Assembly (NCBI GenBank): GCA_049724395.1
Contig: JAUGWO010000130.1
Location: 1 to 64,000 of the forward strand
Length of the DNA stretch: 64,000 nt
Direction: 5' to 3'
DNA from: Spongospora subterranea f. sp. subterranea
Lineage: Eukaryota
Positions 12,523-25,401 of this stretch are shown here, one piece after another. The notes under the pieces were generated by a model. That model ran no database searches. It was not told the origin of the DNA and worked only from the letters and a program-made list of their open reading frames with translations. A program made the translations under genes and the position numbers. Position 1 is the first letter of the stretch. Each line of letters opens with the position of its first letter.

Positions 12523-12628
12523 GGTACAGGGTACGGTAGGGTAGAGGATGCGGTAGGGTAGAGGATGCGGTAGGGTAGAGGATGCGGTAGGGAACAGGGC
12601 GTACAGGGTACAGGGTGCGATAGGGTAC
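12523..12628 (+). repeat. G-rich 17-bp tandem repeat (GGTAGGGTAGAGGATGC x3) with GGGTAC flanks
   Basis: Seen directly in the sequence. Confidence 0.85.
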
Positions 12629-12899
12629 CGTGTGCTCTGTAACGTGCCCGTTATACTCGTACAGTACTTTTAGGGTTTTCAGGGTTCACCAGCAAAAACA
12701 TGCTGTATTTACAACTGCTGTACAGTATTCATCGCTATTGGAAAAGCGTAATAAAAAAATACCGAAGTCTACCGAAGGAACCAACACTTTGTCTCGCAAC
12801 TATCAAAACTTGCGCGCATTTTGAGGAACTTGCGTAACTGAAGCGCAACCATCCAAGGTCCTCTTAGGAAAAGAGGTTGACCAGAAACAATTCTTTATA

Positions 12900-13838
12900 A
12901 TGAAGTCGACTAACGCATCTGAGCCCATCGGGCAGATGGCGCCGGCACCCGCTTCGTCGTCGGACACGCTTGACGAACCGATAGCTGACACGCTGGTATG
13001 ATTGCTTGGTTGAAAACCACGGTCAACTAACTGGCGAAAATCCAGCTCCGGGACGCCAAACTCATCGGGACTAAGCTTCGCTACGTTCTGATTCCAGCAG
13101 GATCGAGAAATGAATTGAAAAACTGTATTTTGATGCGTTCTTCTAGCTCTACGGTTTTAAACGATAATATAGGGGATTTATGGGGGCCATTGTTGCTTTG
13201 CTTGTCATTAGCAATGTCTGTAATTCATGTGTTAAGTCGAAACTTTCGAAATACTGAGTGTACTCTAGTGTTCTAAGTTATCACGACCCCGATCAAGCCA
13301 GTTACAAGTTTTCTATTGTCTTTGGTATTGTCTGGCTTGGCGCCGCGTGTGTAACATTCAACGCCCTTCTTCTTGGTGGCAAGATGTGAGTTGATTTCGT
13401 CATATAACGTTGTTTATCGTAAATTGTACTTCCTTTTTGGCCGATCTCGGAAGGCTGTGACTTCGTTTGTTACGGATTTGCTGTTTTGAGTATTTCACTC
13501 TTCTTTTTTTCAGCTTGAATTCAATCAAAGCAGAATCTTTCTGTGTTTTCGTCACGTTCAACCGGTCCTTATATTGCTGTTCTTCGTTCAGTTCCGTTTT
13601 CCAGAGTGTCTGCGTGTTAGGGTATTGCATGTTTCCTCTAAACATCGCTTCGATCGTGTTGCAGTTCGTGTCTCCGGTTTCATTGCGCCTTTTAGTGTTG
13701 ACCGTTGCTTTTTTTTGGTCGTCACGTGCTTCGGTTGGGTTCATGTCGCCACTAGTTCCGAAGGATCGCCAGGCTCTAGGATGCTACCCTGTTCTTCTTT
13801 TCTACATCACGATTGCATGGATGGTCATAATTTCATAA
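12900..13838 (+). CDS. YIPF6: Yip1-domain Golgi membrane protein (YIPF6-like), about 5 exons
   Basis: Spliced peptides DTLDEPIADTL | LRDAKLIGTKLRYVLIP | WDLWGPLLLCLSLA | VFGIVWLGAACVTFNALLLGG | FQSVCVLGYCMFPL...YPVLLFY. Confidence 0.85.
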
Positions 13839-16289
13839 CGTCAATTTCGTTTAACTTTAATATATTTTATCATCTTTTTCAATGGATCAGCTTGCAAAGG
13901 AGGGTAGTATGGTCAAGACGGGTCCCATTATTGTTAGATATAGGATGGCTGGCTTCAATGTCGTCCATCAATCATCTACCATTGCCACAAAACTTCCCAT
14001 TTTGCATCGAATCCATAAAATCAATTCTAGACCCAACAATATCACCATTATAAACAAAGTACACAAGTCAAAAGAAAACGAGAGAGTACAGAACACGAAA
14101 AACAAGAATGATATTATTATCTAATATAAACCGAGAAGGCACGAGATCAGTACGATATCGATCAATCGCCTGGATTCCGTAATTCCTGGTAGATATCATC
14201 AAATATAGGAACTAATTCCCCCTTTCGACCGAAGCTAAAGATGAACTAAAGCAAGGTCGAGAGATGCAATTGAAGTTTAGCTCGTAACTCCCAGAACTGC
14301 ATCTTCCCAAGGGGTTTCGTAAATATATCTGCAAGAATCTTGGCGGTAGGAACATACGCAACATGAATTTGATTGCTAGCGACCAATTCACGAATAAAAT
14401 GATGCCGAAGAGCGAGATGTTCCATCGTTGAGTGATTGATTTCATTTTGAGCGAACGAAATTGATCCTTGATTGTCCTGCAAAAGGACAGGCACAGACTT
14501 TTGCTCGAAACCAAGCTCATCTAGGACGTTTTGAAGCCAGACTGCTTCCGCAGCAGCCAGTGAAGATGCGATCGTCTCCGCCTCACAGGACGACAAGGCG
14601 GTGGATGTTTGCTTCTTTGAACGATATGACACTGGGACATCCATTCAGAAGGAACACATATCCAGACATTGATCGTCGGGTTTCCAGATCTCCCGCCCAA
14701 TCAGAATCAGAATACCCAAGAAGCACATGTTTCTCGCCAACTTTGTCATCATAACGGTATAACAGTACGAAGTCACTCGTTCCATTCAAGTACCGCAGAA
14801 TGCGCTTCAGGGCCATGAAATGTTGAAGAGCAGGATTTTGCAGAAACCGCGAAACTTCACCAACTGCATAGACAATATCCGGACGCGTATGAAGGAGCCA
14901 AATCAGATGACCAACTGCAGCGCGATAGTTGATCCTAACTTGTTCAATGGCTACAAGCTCCTGGTCCATGTCTGTTTGGGGGCTCATGTCGATCGACAGG
15001 TTCAGGTCTGGAGTAGCTGGTGTAGGGACGGGTTTCGAGTCGACCATACCCTCCAATATCTCCTCAAGATATCGAGACGGCGACAAGAAAGTGTTTCCAA
15101 TGTTGGGATCGCGCATGATCTCCACTCCGATACACGATTGAACAGATCCCAGATCTGATACCTGGAAGCGTGCAGCGAGAGAGGCTTGGACGTCGTGGAC
15201 CAACTCAGGGTGGCCGATGATCGACATGTCATCCACACACAAGCCGATAATAACAAAGCGGTGAACAGCTGTTCGCGTATGATAGAGACAAGGAGTTGAT
15301 CTGGTGCGGATGAACCCCAGTTCCTCAACAAGATACTTGTCGATAACAATATCCCAATCGTGAGGAGACTGTTGAAGTCCATATATAGACCGAAGCAGTT
15401 CGAGAGCCTTAGCCTGGGTTTTCATTCCTTTGGGAATATTCATATAGATCTCCCCTGATAAGCTGGCGTTAAGAAACGCCCCCACTACATCCAATTGCTC
15501 GGCCACAATTTCTTTGCCCTGTGAACACAATGCAAGCATTAATCGTAGGGTATCGCAGCGCATCACCGGTGCATATGTGGTAGTATTGTCAATTCCATAG
15601 CGTTGCCGAACGCCTTGAATTCCGAGGCGGGCTTTGTACCGAAGAGTAATTTGCTCGTCGAGATAACGAAGCACCCACTTGGTATCAGAAGGTATTTGGT
15701 TTCGCCTAAGTTTTTCTGCATTTTGAACAACCACCGGCAATCGTTGTTGTTGGAACTTTGTCAATCTCTTGCCAGGTTTTGTGATCTAAAAGGTTATCAA
15801 GCTCTTCGTATGTCGTAGGAGTGTGTGAACTATCGACCTCTGATTGTCTCACAAGGTTAATCCACGAGTGGTGAACTGGATCTCCAAACCTATTCGGTGA
15901 TTTTCGAGACCGCTTTTGAAGAGCAAACTTTTTCATTTTTTCCTGATCGATTTCGACGATCTCTGCTTGTTGAACCATCTTTTGCTCCGGCAGATAATCG
16001 AAATCAGACGTATCTTCAGGTTCTGGCGTGTCCGCTTCATCTTGTGCCGTTCTCCTCCCAAATCCGTCGTTATCAAAACCAACACTACGGTACACCTTCG
16101 ACATTCCAAGGTCAGGGTGAAAGATAATGTACCCCTTTTGATGATTCGCATAGCCTATAAAGATTCCTTCGCGAGCTCTTGGATCCAGTTTTCTTACGAA
16201 GATCGGCGGGATAAATCTATAAGCACTGCAACTGAACGTTCTCAAGTAGCGGATGTCTCTCAGAACTTCGTGTGGAGTGAAGTTAGGGT

Positions 16290-16400
16290 AAATTAAAAGG
16301 GGAGGCGAGAGCCGAAAAAGTGAATCTTGGCCCGATAGCCAAGGGACCGGCAAACCTGCATGAAAAATGCGAACTCAATCACAAAAAAAAAAAAAAAAAA
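16290..16400 (+). mobile_element. Poly(A)-tailed non-LTR/SINE 3' fragment with a 14-bp TSD, inserted in the Copia integrase
   Basis: AGTGAAGTTAGGGT at 16276-16289 and 16401-16414 flanks a 111-bp insert ending GAACTCAATCAC plus an A-run. Confidence 0.85.
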
Positions 16401-17188
16401 AGTGAAGTTAGGGTCCTTTGGATGCGGGCAGACATTGTGAACATGAGATGCTGTCAAGACCGCAGGTCCCCAGAAAGATTTGGGTTATCGGGCGTGAACA
16501 AGCAGGGCCCGGGCCGCGTCCATGAGAGTAAGATGGCCTCTCTCGGAAACCCCATTTTGTTCTGACGAGTACTCCACAGTAGATTGCCATTCAATTCCAT
16601 TCTTAACGAGATAATTCATGAACTTGGTGTTGACAAACACATTGTCGTTGTCGCCAAAGAGGATCTTGACTGTCTGTCCAATCTGGTTTTCAAGTCGAGT
16701 CTTCAGATCGCGAAACCTTTCGAAAGCTTCGTTCTTCTGGTGCAAAAGAAAGGTAAACTCATCCTTGAGGCGTGTTCAGAGAATGTTATAAAGTATCGCT
16801 CTCCATCTAGGGAAGGTGTGTGGAGTGGACCGCATTGTAATATTTCTCCTTCGCTCTGGTTGGGAATGGCTGTTCACGAGCTTTGGCAATGGCACAATCC
16901 TCACAGAAATGCTGGAGTAAGACAATCATGCCGTCCGTTACTCCATGGGCGGCCATCCATTTGATATTTCTTAAATTGCGGTGGCACAGCCGATGATGCC
17001 ATCGCGCGAGGTCATGAGAGCGATTGAAATAAAACTGCAAATGGGGATTTTGCAGGCTTGTGCTTGATATGGTGCTCATCCTCTGGTCGTATGTTCCTGG
17101 TCACATTAAGCTGGTCATATTGAGCTGCAAGGACGAGATCGCAAACGGATGTTGACTCGCTACCACATTACCGAGAACATGTTCAGGT

Positions 17189-18290
17189 TCAATGTTGGGC
17201 TCTGCTGTTACAGGAATTTGACAACATTTGCAGGAGCAGTTGCTGAAGTTGATGCTTTCCCCGGCACCAATCAATATCTGGGTTGTGTTTCCTCAGCCAG
17301 GGGATTCCTAGGATAACATCCGCATGAGGTGACTGGATCACGTTGAAGGAAATCCATTCTTCGTGTCCGGCGATAGCGAGGTTCAACGAGACAGTTTCGT
17401 ATTCTACTGGTAAAAGGAGACGCCCGTCGATAACTTGCAGTGATGAGTCCAAACGCCGTTGCCTTTCGGCCTGCGACAAAGGGCCACGAGTGCCGACAGA
17501 CGGCGCCGTGTCAATAATCATCGGATTATAGGTTGTGAGTTCAGGTAGATTGGTGCAGCGGTTTGACCACGAAGTTCACGACGTCGCCCTCCAAATCGCT
17601 CAGTGAGCTTATCCAAGGGGGAATTTCCTGTGATTATCGACTGGAGGAGCGACGTCTTGAACGGCAGCTGCGCCAGCCTTCTTGAACTCGCAACCTACTG
17701 ATGATCCGATGATTATTGACACGTCGCGGTCTGTCGGCCCTCGTGTCCCTTTGGCGCAGGCCGAAAGGGGACAACAGACTTTGTCTTCATTGTGGAGATG
17801 GAGGTCACATTGCGAATGCGTGTTTATTCTTGCCAAGCGGCAGGGAAATGGCTTCCGGCGGGACTGAACATTTCGGTCGTCACAAACCGAGCAATACAGA
17901 ATCTGGTGCTCATCTAAAAAAGCCGACTCGTGTAGCATAATGACCATTGGACATCTACAATTTCGTGATGGACATCGTATCCCAAATATGCTTCATCTGT
18001 TATCCGCCGTATGTGGTCAAATTGTAGATTTCCAACGGTCATGATGTTGCAGGAGTCAGATTTAGATGAGCACCAGATTCTGTATTGCTCGGTTTGGGCG
18101 TGACGACCGACATGTTCAGTCCCGCCGGGAGCCATTTCCCCTGCCGCTTCATCGTTTAAATCTCGACGGTATACATCTCGAGCCGCAGATTCATCATAAT
18201 TGGCGTCGGCCAGGACATTCTGAACTTCGGTAGCGGTAGGCATCAGCCATATGCCGGGGTTGACTTCATAATTTATGAGTCGAGGAGATC
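17189..18290. mobile_element. Ty3/Gypsy gag-protease fragments in both orientations
   Basis: Protease DVILGIPWLRKHNPDIDW (minus); gag DDPMIID..RLCLHCGDGGHIANAC knuckle (plus); inverted copies at 17837-17920 vs 18061-18148. Confidence 0.8.
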
Positions 18291-18313
18291 AGAGTTCGCT
18301 CTACCCCTGTCTG

Positions 18314-19190
18314 GAAATGTCGAATGTCGTCACTGTCGTCAAGCGTTCGTCGACACTGGCGGCACTGAAAGACACCCTGTTACTCGCCGATTAGTTTCTG
18401 AACCTGAAATTATGAAGAACATTATCCAGCAGATGACAAACCACATCAAAAGTGCCCGTATGCTCAGAGTTGTATTTCGGATGAAGCAGAATTGGAAACC
18501 CGGAGTGAAGAGAATTCTAGACTTTCGCAATCCAGTTCGTCGAATTGCCCGTCGACCAATGCTAATAAGCATAAACATGTATTTCAACCTCTGCTCAACG
18601 CACCTCTATCTGTCGACCAAGCAGCAGAATTCAAGAAACGAATTCTGAATCTAACAATCGCGGCGGCTTTCCCATTTTCATGGGTCGACCTTACCTGAGG
18701 ATGAGGCTGTTGGTCGACAGATAGAGGTGCGTTGAGCAGAGGTTGAAATACATGTTTATGCTTATTAGCATTGGTCGACGGGCAATTCGACGAATTGGAT
18801 TGCGAAAGTCTAGAATTTTCTTCACTCCGGGCTTCCAATTCTGCTTCATCCGAAATACAACTCTGAGCATACGGGCACTTTTGGATGTGGTTTGTCATCT
18901 GCTGGATAATGTTCTTCATAATTTCAGGTTCAGAAACTAATTGGCGAGTAACAGGGTGTCTTTCAGTGCCGCCAGTGTCGACGAACGCTTGACGACAGTG
19001 ACGACATTCGACATTTCGATAGCAACGCATTCCACTTTTGGCGATATCGTCTCTACGACTGAAATGTTCGTAGACGTCGGCGTTGACCATGGAGGTGCCG
19101 CGCTTCCGCTTCTGCGCCGGCTCCATCAGGGATTGCTGAGAGTTGAAACGTCGGGACAATTCAGAATGGGTAAAGCCACAGGGCAGCAAC
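18314..19190. mobile_element. hAT-like transposase N-terminus (BED-type finger) as an inverted duplication
   Basis: VYEHF...VECRHC...NHIQKC and EFKKRILNLTIAAAFPFSWVD. Arms are 18314-18620 and 18710-19017. Confidence 0.7.
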
Positions 19191-19669
19191 TGAGAGTGTC
19201 AATTTTCATCCGATTTTTTTGCTTTAAGTTGCGTCAGCCGCATGCCTGAAATCCAGATGTAAGAGTGCCGAAATGATATTTTTTGAATTTTTTTTCATTG
19301 CGTAATTCATGGCGAAATATGCGATTTTGTACGTCAACCAAGACGAACACTGAACTCGACAAAGGTTCGACAATTTAACTGATACAGGGATATTTTTTGT
19401 GATCCTAGATAGGCAAATTGACGCAGAATCCGACTATATTTGTTTGTAAAATTAACGAGCAACATGAAACTGGTGTAGGCCAGTTTGAAGATGGGCAATC
19501 CAGGATATTCCCAATTGATAGGTGGGACATTGACCATGATGGGACCTCCGTCAGGATCACGTATCACATGTTACAAATCTCTATTGATCGTGTTTGTTGA
19601 TAAAGTATGAGATGTAATGGGGAACATTTGCCGTACTTCATTACATAGGAGTATTGTCTTTCATCATCA

Positions 19670-21063
19670 ATCATGGATATCTCTGCCAGAGAGAGAAAAT
19701 GTATTTTGACTAGTGATCAACGCCTGGCTGTTTTCCACTTTCTTGCAGCAGAAAGAAGGATCCTGACGGTTCTCACGAATTGATGGAAGGCGCACTGTCC
19801 CTGCCGCTGCTGCACTTTTCCAAGTGACCGAAGCTACCATCCGGAAAATTTACAATCGCGGCCATCAATCTTTGGCCGAAGGAAATTTGATTCCCGACGT
19901 GGCAGCTCGACATTCTGGCAGATCTGGTCAAAAACAAAGTGTGGATTTGGAGGCCATCTCCGCAATCCCGTTGACATTACGTCAAAATATTCGCACAATG
20001 GCACACAACTTGAAAATTTCCAAAAGCACACTACATCGCCGTATCAAGGAGCAAACAATCATCAAGCCACACACCAGCGCTATCAAACCAACGTGGAACG
20101 AAAAGAACCGCCTGGATCGTGTGCTGTACTGCATTTCCCACCTGAACTTCAATCCACTGCGCAATGAATACTCGTTCGACGCCATGTTCAACACGATCCA
20201 TATCGATGAAAAATGGTACTACTTGACGAAAGCAAGCAATCGCTCTTATTTGGCAGCAGGGGAGGAACCTCCACATCGCACGGTCAAAAGCAAGAGTTTT
20301 ATTTACAAGGTGATGTTCATGGCGGCGTCGAAAGACCACGGTACGATTCATATACCCAGAAAATGTTTGACGGAAAATTAGGTATTGGGGCTTTTGTTAA
20401 AGCCGAACCTGCGAGAAGGAATAGTAAGAACAGGCGAGCAGGAACAATGGAAACCAAAGCTATCACTTCCATTGGAAGAGTAGAGATCACCAATATGATG
20501 ACAGCAAACGTTTTTCCGGTAATTGCAGAAAAATGGCCTCGGGGATCGGCAGGAAAGATTCATTTACAGCAGGATAATGCTAAACCTCATGGTCGAGGAG
20601 ATGACCCAACCATATCAGCAGCATTAGAAACTCTAAAGGAACAAGGATGTGAAATTCAAATATGCCAACAGCCGGTTAACAGCCCGTATTTAAATGTGCT
20701 AGATCTTGGATTCTTCCGCGCTATCCAGAGTTTACGACATCAACTGCCTCAGAGCGGAATAGATGACCTTATTCGTGCAACAGAGAAGGCGTTCATTGAG
20801 ATTGAATCAACGGCGTTGAAGGGTGCATGCTTGAGGTAATGACTTGCAACGGAGGCAATAATTACAGGATACCACACATGGGGAAGGCGAAGCTAATCAG
20901 ATCTAATGCACTTCCGACTTCGTTGAATTGCCCAGTCGAAGTCGTTACCCAAGCCCAAAAATTATTTATTGACTGTGTGACGAACCCATAAAATAAATTT
21001 TCGATAGGTTTTATGGGACAAGAATTAAGTCCGTTTCGATAGGTTTTTATGGGACGGAGGGAG
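19670..21063 (+). mobile_element. Mariner DD39D-type (Stowaway-related) transposon, defective
   Basis: HIDEKW, QQDNAKPH and QPVNSPYLNVLDLGFF (third catalytic D replaced by Y), with frameshifts. Right TIR GGGACGGAGGGAG followed by TA; left TIR not found. Confidence 0.9.
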
Positions 21064-21089
21064 TAATTATTTGCGTAAAAGGGTTGGAC

Positions 21090-21296
21090 TTTTATAACTC
21101 GACATTCTCAGAGTACGTCACGGCGCTCCAGTAAGCGGTCATTTCGGGGTCTCCAAGACCATCAAGTCGGTAGGACGAGAGTACTGGTGGCCCGGAATGA
21201 CCTGCTACGTTAAGAAGTATGTGAAATCGTGCGATGTTTCTGGCCGAGCCAAATTCAGTCGTCATCGACCACACGGGTTGCTCTGCCCATTGCAAA
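21090..21296 (+). mobile_element. Gypsy integrase H2C2 zinc-finger fragment
   Basis: HGAPVSGHFGVSKT...YWWPGM..YVKKYVKSCDV...HRPHGLL. Confidence 0.8.
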
Positions 21297-23648
21297 TTTA
21301 TTCACAAAATAATTTTATAATTTATAATGCGCAAAATTATTAGGCCAACCTTGCTGTCCGTGGATTCGATATTGATTTCCATTGGAAGATATTGATTCCG
21401 TATCGGAAATATTCAGAAGTACAATGCCATTCAAAACAGCTCCGTTTGGGCCTGCAACCTGATGATCAACTGTCGTTAATGACTGTCGCGAGGTATCTGG
21501 TTGCTGTGGTTGTGGTCATGGTTGAGATGGCTGATGTGGCTGCAAGTGCTGGCTGAGTTGCTGTTGTAGGTGCTCCTGCAGCTGCTGAGCGACTTGTTCT
21601 GGAAATTGCTGAGGTTGTCGTTGCTGCTGCGTTTCTGAGTGCGGCTAGAAATTTCCTCACCGTTGAATGGAGCGTATGGGCCCATAACCAAACAAAGTAC
21701 ACAAGTCAAAAGAAAACGAGAGAGTACAGAACACGAAAAACAAGAATGATTTTATTACAGGATTTTCGGAGCGCCCAACCTTCGAGTTTTGAGTCAAGAT
21801 CGCCACCCGTCACAGACCGTGTGACTGGGTGCCCCCTGTCAGAGGCCTATGTCAAATATGGACGGTCGTACTGTAGTTTACGATTCACAATAACCAGCGG
21901 CTGCGGCCCATGGTCCTGACAATCGCGGATTATCGCGAACTGTTGGCCAATGTCAACCAGGACGTTGGATCTCAATTTTTTTTTTGAAATTGGGAGATAG
22001 AACTCATATCACGTACCTCTGTGGCATTATGGAAGCATCTTCGTCTTCGGTTCGAGAAGGCACGAGATCAGTACCATATCGATCAATCGCCTGGATTCCG
22101 TACTTCGTGGTAGATATTGAATATAGGAATTAATTATCATTATCTGCAGAACAATAATAAAGTTGATGCTGCAACGAACCCTGAAGAACCGGCTGTTGCG
22201 AGACTAGGTGTTGATGGTTCAAGGGCAGGCAACAAACAAAATCAATGCTCTGGCGTTTCAACGAGCAAGGCAAGACCTGGAACTTTACGAGAACATCGTG
22301 GTCGTTGGCGTCAACTGTAGTATTGTGCGAATCTTCAACAGAGATTCTCTGCTGAGACCACATTCTGCTACTACTGAAAATGACAACTCGTTCGGTCGAA
22401 GGAGGAATCCCAGCAAGATGGAGTTAAACATTCTGGCTATGTCAAACATAGATCGGTTCTCACCAAAATCAGGAAACTTCCGAACATAGTTCGTGAGTGT
22501 TGTCCAGATGAAATCCGTCCGTTAGAACCTGAGTTCGTTGTATCTGTCGGAGAGAGATTTTTTGAGTTGGTCGAAATTGCTGACTGTTCGGTTGGCGAGT
22601 CTGTCGTCGAGAGTGGGTTTGTGTCTGCTGCCCCGCGATCATAGGCAAACAAGGCCTTGTCTAGAGCGCGCGTCCTTCAGTTGTGTGTTGGGGCCTTGTT
22701 GAGAAATGCTCGTGGTGCCCGGCGAGCGCGGGCGGTGACCTGCGTCCTTTCGCCAAAGAACGCAGTTGTGTTCGGTGGGCGGATGGACGGAGACCTGTTA
22801 TCGCTCTCATCCGCTACCATCGCTTGTCGCTTCAACACATCAAACCCCGATTGTTGGCCATCACTCAATTGCGCCATATCCGTCGAACTGATCCAATTGT
22901 GACAAAGGGGGAACAGATCAACCACCACGATTGCTCTTCAGTTCCTCATTCTCCATCACAGATCCTGAATTGAACTTTCAATCGACAAGGGGCTGATGAG
23001 GTGTCATGGCCCACTGCAGATTCAACAACATGCACATTCTGTTGGAACGGTCCAATTGCCACTTGGCAAAACGCTGTTCCCGATCATCGGATATACCAAA
23101 CTCGCCTGCTCACTACGACAATCGTCGATATCAAATAATATAGCCCGTATTTTATGACGAACTTCTTCTGAAAGGATACACGAGCTGGCATTGTACAAGA
23201 TCAATAGTCTCAGAAACCAGCTCAATCAAAACGATATCGCCAAATGTGGTGTATGAGCATTGTAAAGGGATCCGTTGTAGCTTCTCGCACTCCTCACGAT
23301 AAATTCAATGGCTATCGGTCAAACGATGTTCAGCTCCCTGATGGCGTTTAGTCACTGTCATCATTGTTCGACGATCCGCTGAGTAATGGACCATGTTCGG
23401 GTTATTCTCCGTTGTGGTTAGTTCGCGACCCACAAATCTGAGGTGGATATGGTCCCGCGTTGCTATTCGAACAGGAATACTCAGTGGACGCCCTAACACA
23501 AGTGGTGTCTTCGTATCCAAAACAAGGTGTCAAACAACTCTGGTGCCATAACTGGAGATTGCCATTCGACACACGTGGAAGACAACCAATTGCAGGTCAA
23601 GAACAGCGTCAATTCGAAGCGAAAGGTACATGTTTGTTTTACGATGAT

Positions 23649-24104
23649 TTACCAATTCAAAAAATTGGTGTTGATCCCGGCATTGGTTGATGCAATCCTC
23701 GCCCGATTACGTCTAGCAATATCGGCATCATTGACCGTCCGATACAGGCCACCGCCGGTTGTTCGGGTATCGATCGTGGCGATATCGCTGCCCTTGCCCA
23801 CTGCTTTGGCCCGATTGTTGATCTGCGACCCGCCCCTGAAACCGGATCGCACGTCGGCGTCCAGACCCACATCGGCCATCGACGCCACCTGTTGCCTTTG
23901 CTGTGTGCTCAATGCGTCATCGCCCAACGCCTGCAACATTCCTCCGGCGAATCCGATATTCTGGTCCTGAGCGGCCCTGAGATTGGTTTGGACACCGATA
24001 TCCGAGTTCATCCGAACGCCCATATTGGCGTTATTCTTGACGAGCAGCGCGGTGGCACTGTTCAGAGCGGCGATCAAAACTAGGGCGTTGGTGAGAATGT
24101 GCAT
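23649..24104 (-). CDS. Small secreted protein, 151 aa, Cys-free and rich in N/A/G/D/R
   Basis: Intronless ORF with signal-peptide-like MHILTNALVLIAALNSATA and coding-like composition. Confidence 0.65.
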   Translation of the reverse strand: MHILTNALVLIAALNSATALLVKNNANMGVRMNSDIGVQTNLRAAQDQNIGFAGGMLQALGDDALSTQQRQQVASMADVGLDADVRSGFRGGSQINNRAKAVGKGSDIATIDTRTTGGGLYRTVNDADIARRNRARIASTNAGINTNFLNW

Positions 24105-25401
24105 ATTGACTAAGTCGGCAGACAATGATTATGAGGTTTGGGGTGACCTCCGACAGAATCACGCAATCGGCCGTTCATAACTCCCGAACCGAATGGTCAT
24201 GGCGAAAATGCTGTGGTGAAATGGCCATGATATAAATTCCACCATTGTGATTGATGGAGTTTTTGAATCTCATATGTAGTTTCTAGACTTGGCCATTTTC
24301 TCAATCGTGTTGACATCATTATGGTTTACACGGAATGCAGGAGTAGCTTGGGGTAATCAACTCCATGACAACAGGATGGACCCTGATGAGGACACCGGGA
24401 GCCTTTTGCCGATGACGAGATCGACAACTGTTCGAGCGGCGATACGACGGATTTCTTTTGCTTTCAAACCAGGTACCAACGATGGCGATGAGCGCGTTAG
24501 TATCAGACGGATAGCATTCCAACAAGATTTGGAGACGAAAATTAATCATGGCAGAAACAAGGGCGATCAACGCGCAAACAATCCAATCCCGTTTGGTGAA
24601 TGGACATTATTGTAAATCGATTGGTTAAGCGCATCCTCAGAATATCTTCATCGCCAACTGTCAAAATTGGCGATAAAGATGGCAAGGATCGATATTACCG
24701 ATATTGATGGAAATTCAATACCGATAATTTCTCCATTGCGAGCGACTCGTTCAACATCCAATTTTTCCAAATCTCCCAAAACGGTAAGGCGACTAATAAC
24801 ACCTGTCGGCAGTTTGGACCAGGTAGATTGACTTGCGTTGGTACCTGACAACGATCGCGATCCAAACTCGATCAGGGAGGATTGGCGGCAATATGAAACC
24901 ACAACAGAAATACACGCAAGACGTCAATGGCAATCTGGTTCCCGTTGATCTGGGAGCCGATGACGGTCCTAAATCAGGCGACAGGTGATTGATATGGGCT
25001 CGGAGGCGCCATGTTGTTTGTGGAAATGACCAACGCGTAATTGAACGTAGGGAGGGCGATGCTAACCCATGCGGGGAGTCCATGGGCGGCTGCATGCAAT
25101 CACTGTTTTGCTGTTCATTCATCTCGTGGGCTTGCTGTTGTTCTTCCCAATAGTCAAAACGGTGGAATCGCGCTATCGGCGAAGACTTCCCGAATTCTAG
25201 GCCAGGGTTTCGTTGACCGAGTATTACTTAACAAATATTTCCATCGGCAAAGACCGAAATCGAAGATAAAGTCAATGGGGTTTTTCAAAGTAACTTTGTT
25301 TTTGCGGTTGACTTTATTCAGTATTGGGAAATAGCGGGTAGAATTGAGGAATCACGACATTGGTAATCCTTAAGAAGGAACATTAGAGATTGAATTATGT
25401 A

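Larger units (their letters stand above)
14052..22133 (-). mobile_element. Degenerate Ty1/Copia LTR retrotransposon carrying nested insertions
   Basis: Direct-repeat LTR remnants at 14052-14215 and 21690-21757 plus 22052-22133; PBS GGTTATGGGCCCA at 21677-21689; purine tract next to the 3' LTR; GAG-pre-integrase WHHRLCH, integrase (EQNGVSER), RT (YKARL, LDVVGAFLNA, LCVDD) and RNase H (YSDSDWAGD, SSCEAE, ADIFTKPL), with many frameshifts. Confidence 0.85.

Noticed and set aside
22200..23230. Ser/Thr-rich minus-strand ORF pieces
   Set aside because: Internal stops and no recognisable domain.
24289..25122. Short ORFs with a weak signal-peptide or F-box appearance
   Set aside because: Uncertain starts and insufficient motif support.
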